A DNA stretch of 63,548 nucleotides, counting the filler, from Octopus bimaculoides (taxonomy: Eukaryota), in NCBI RefSeq assembly GCF_001194135.2. It is 4 parts of 4 records of this genome, joined end to end, with 100 filler letters (N's around TTAATTAATTAA, not from the genome) between each part and the next. Parts side by side here need not be neighbours in the genome. Positions count along the whole stretch, not along the records: positions 62,478 to 63,548 come from NC_068984.1; 3 more parts are not named here. One strand, given 5' to 3'. Every line of letters begins with the position of its first letter. Position 1 is the stretch's first letter. Positions 62,530 to 63,548 of the stretch are shown in pieces. The position numbers and the translations under genes are program-made. The notes under the pieces were generated by a model. That model searched no databases. It was not told where the DNA came from and saw only the letters and a list, made by a program, of their open reading frames with translations.

Positions 62530-63548
62530 GCATATATATAATTTAATGTATTTTGTGTTACAATGAGAGCTCCTAACAGTTTCGTGCCATTAAGACACGT
62601 GGCTAAGTAGGTTTTTGTAATGTGCCTTGTGTCTTAATGGCAAGAAAGTTGCCCTTATTGTAATATAATGTATATCGAACTACATTTATTTGTCATTGGA
62701 TGGAGTACTTTTGTTTTTTGGTGTGTGTATCGAAGAGTATGGTCTAAAGTGCAAAAAGTTTGCTCCGTAACCATGAAACTTGTAGTGTAGTGTCCCTGGA
62801 TTGCATCTTTAATTCACTGGACAATTACTTCAAGGATATTCGTATCTATAAAGTAATCAGCTGCTAACATGTTCATTCTGGAGCAGGAAATTCAGTTTAT
62901 TAAACAAATGATTCCTCATCGCCGAACAATGGAGAATCAACCTTCAGCCCATCTGATTTTCGCCTGCTACTTCAATATTTTTACGTTTTTTAACACTGTC
63001 CGTCCATAACAGATGTTACCTCCAAATGATTACCGCAGTCAATTTGGTTTCCTGTGATGTTATACATGATGTACACACAGATGTATGCTCAGTACCTATG
63101 TTTTAATACATGCGTGAAATTTAGATTCTTATTGAGGGAAAATGCAAATAGAATTGTTACAATCACAGAGAAGTTTCTTATACTTTTGGTGAATCTTTGT
63201 CAATCTAAGATTGACACAACCTCATAGATTGTAACGTTTCTCAGTCGATGTGGAAAATTCTACCTGCAGTTCTCTCTATGCAAACATACAGAAAGCACCT
63301 GCATATTGCATACGTGCATACCGGCCTATATATATATTATATATATATTATATATATACATACACACACAGACACACATACCCCCCCCACACACACATAT
63401 ACATAGAAGTATGTAAAATATATATATATATATGTGTATGTATATCTACGCCTGCACACTTATATATACATAAATTCATACATACATAGACGTATACGTA
63501 CATGCATACAAACCCATTCATGTATATATGCAAACTTATATTCAAACA

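Overview
AT-rich, microsatellite-laden animal genomic scaffold with many N gaps. The repeat families and base composition point to an octopod cephalopod (inference). The only host gene I can support is a partial nicotinic acetylcholine receptor alpha subunit on the + strand, with three in-phase exons at 32301-32410, 41402-41982 and 44924-45378. It retains all principal ACh-binding residues and a cation-selective M2; its 5' exons and M4 exon are not visible. The rest is decayed transposons: RTE, CR1, Tx1/L1 and R4/NeSL-type LINEs, several Penelope-like elements, three mariner families, a DD37D element, Helitrons, tRNA-SINEs and a possible solo LTR. The best leads are a near-intact minimal type I hammerhead ribozyme with degenerate siblings, a strong CpG-poor versus CpG-rich contrast around the receptor gene, a Helitron head-to-tail CTAG|TC junction, two Penelope elements with inverted internal segments, and intronic hairpins. 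I found no clear wholly new multi-gene system. All alignments and counts were done by eye.
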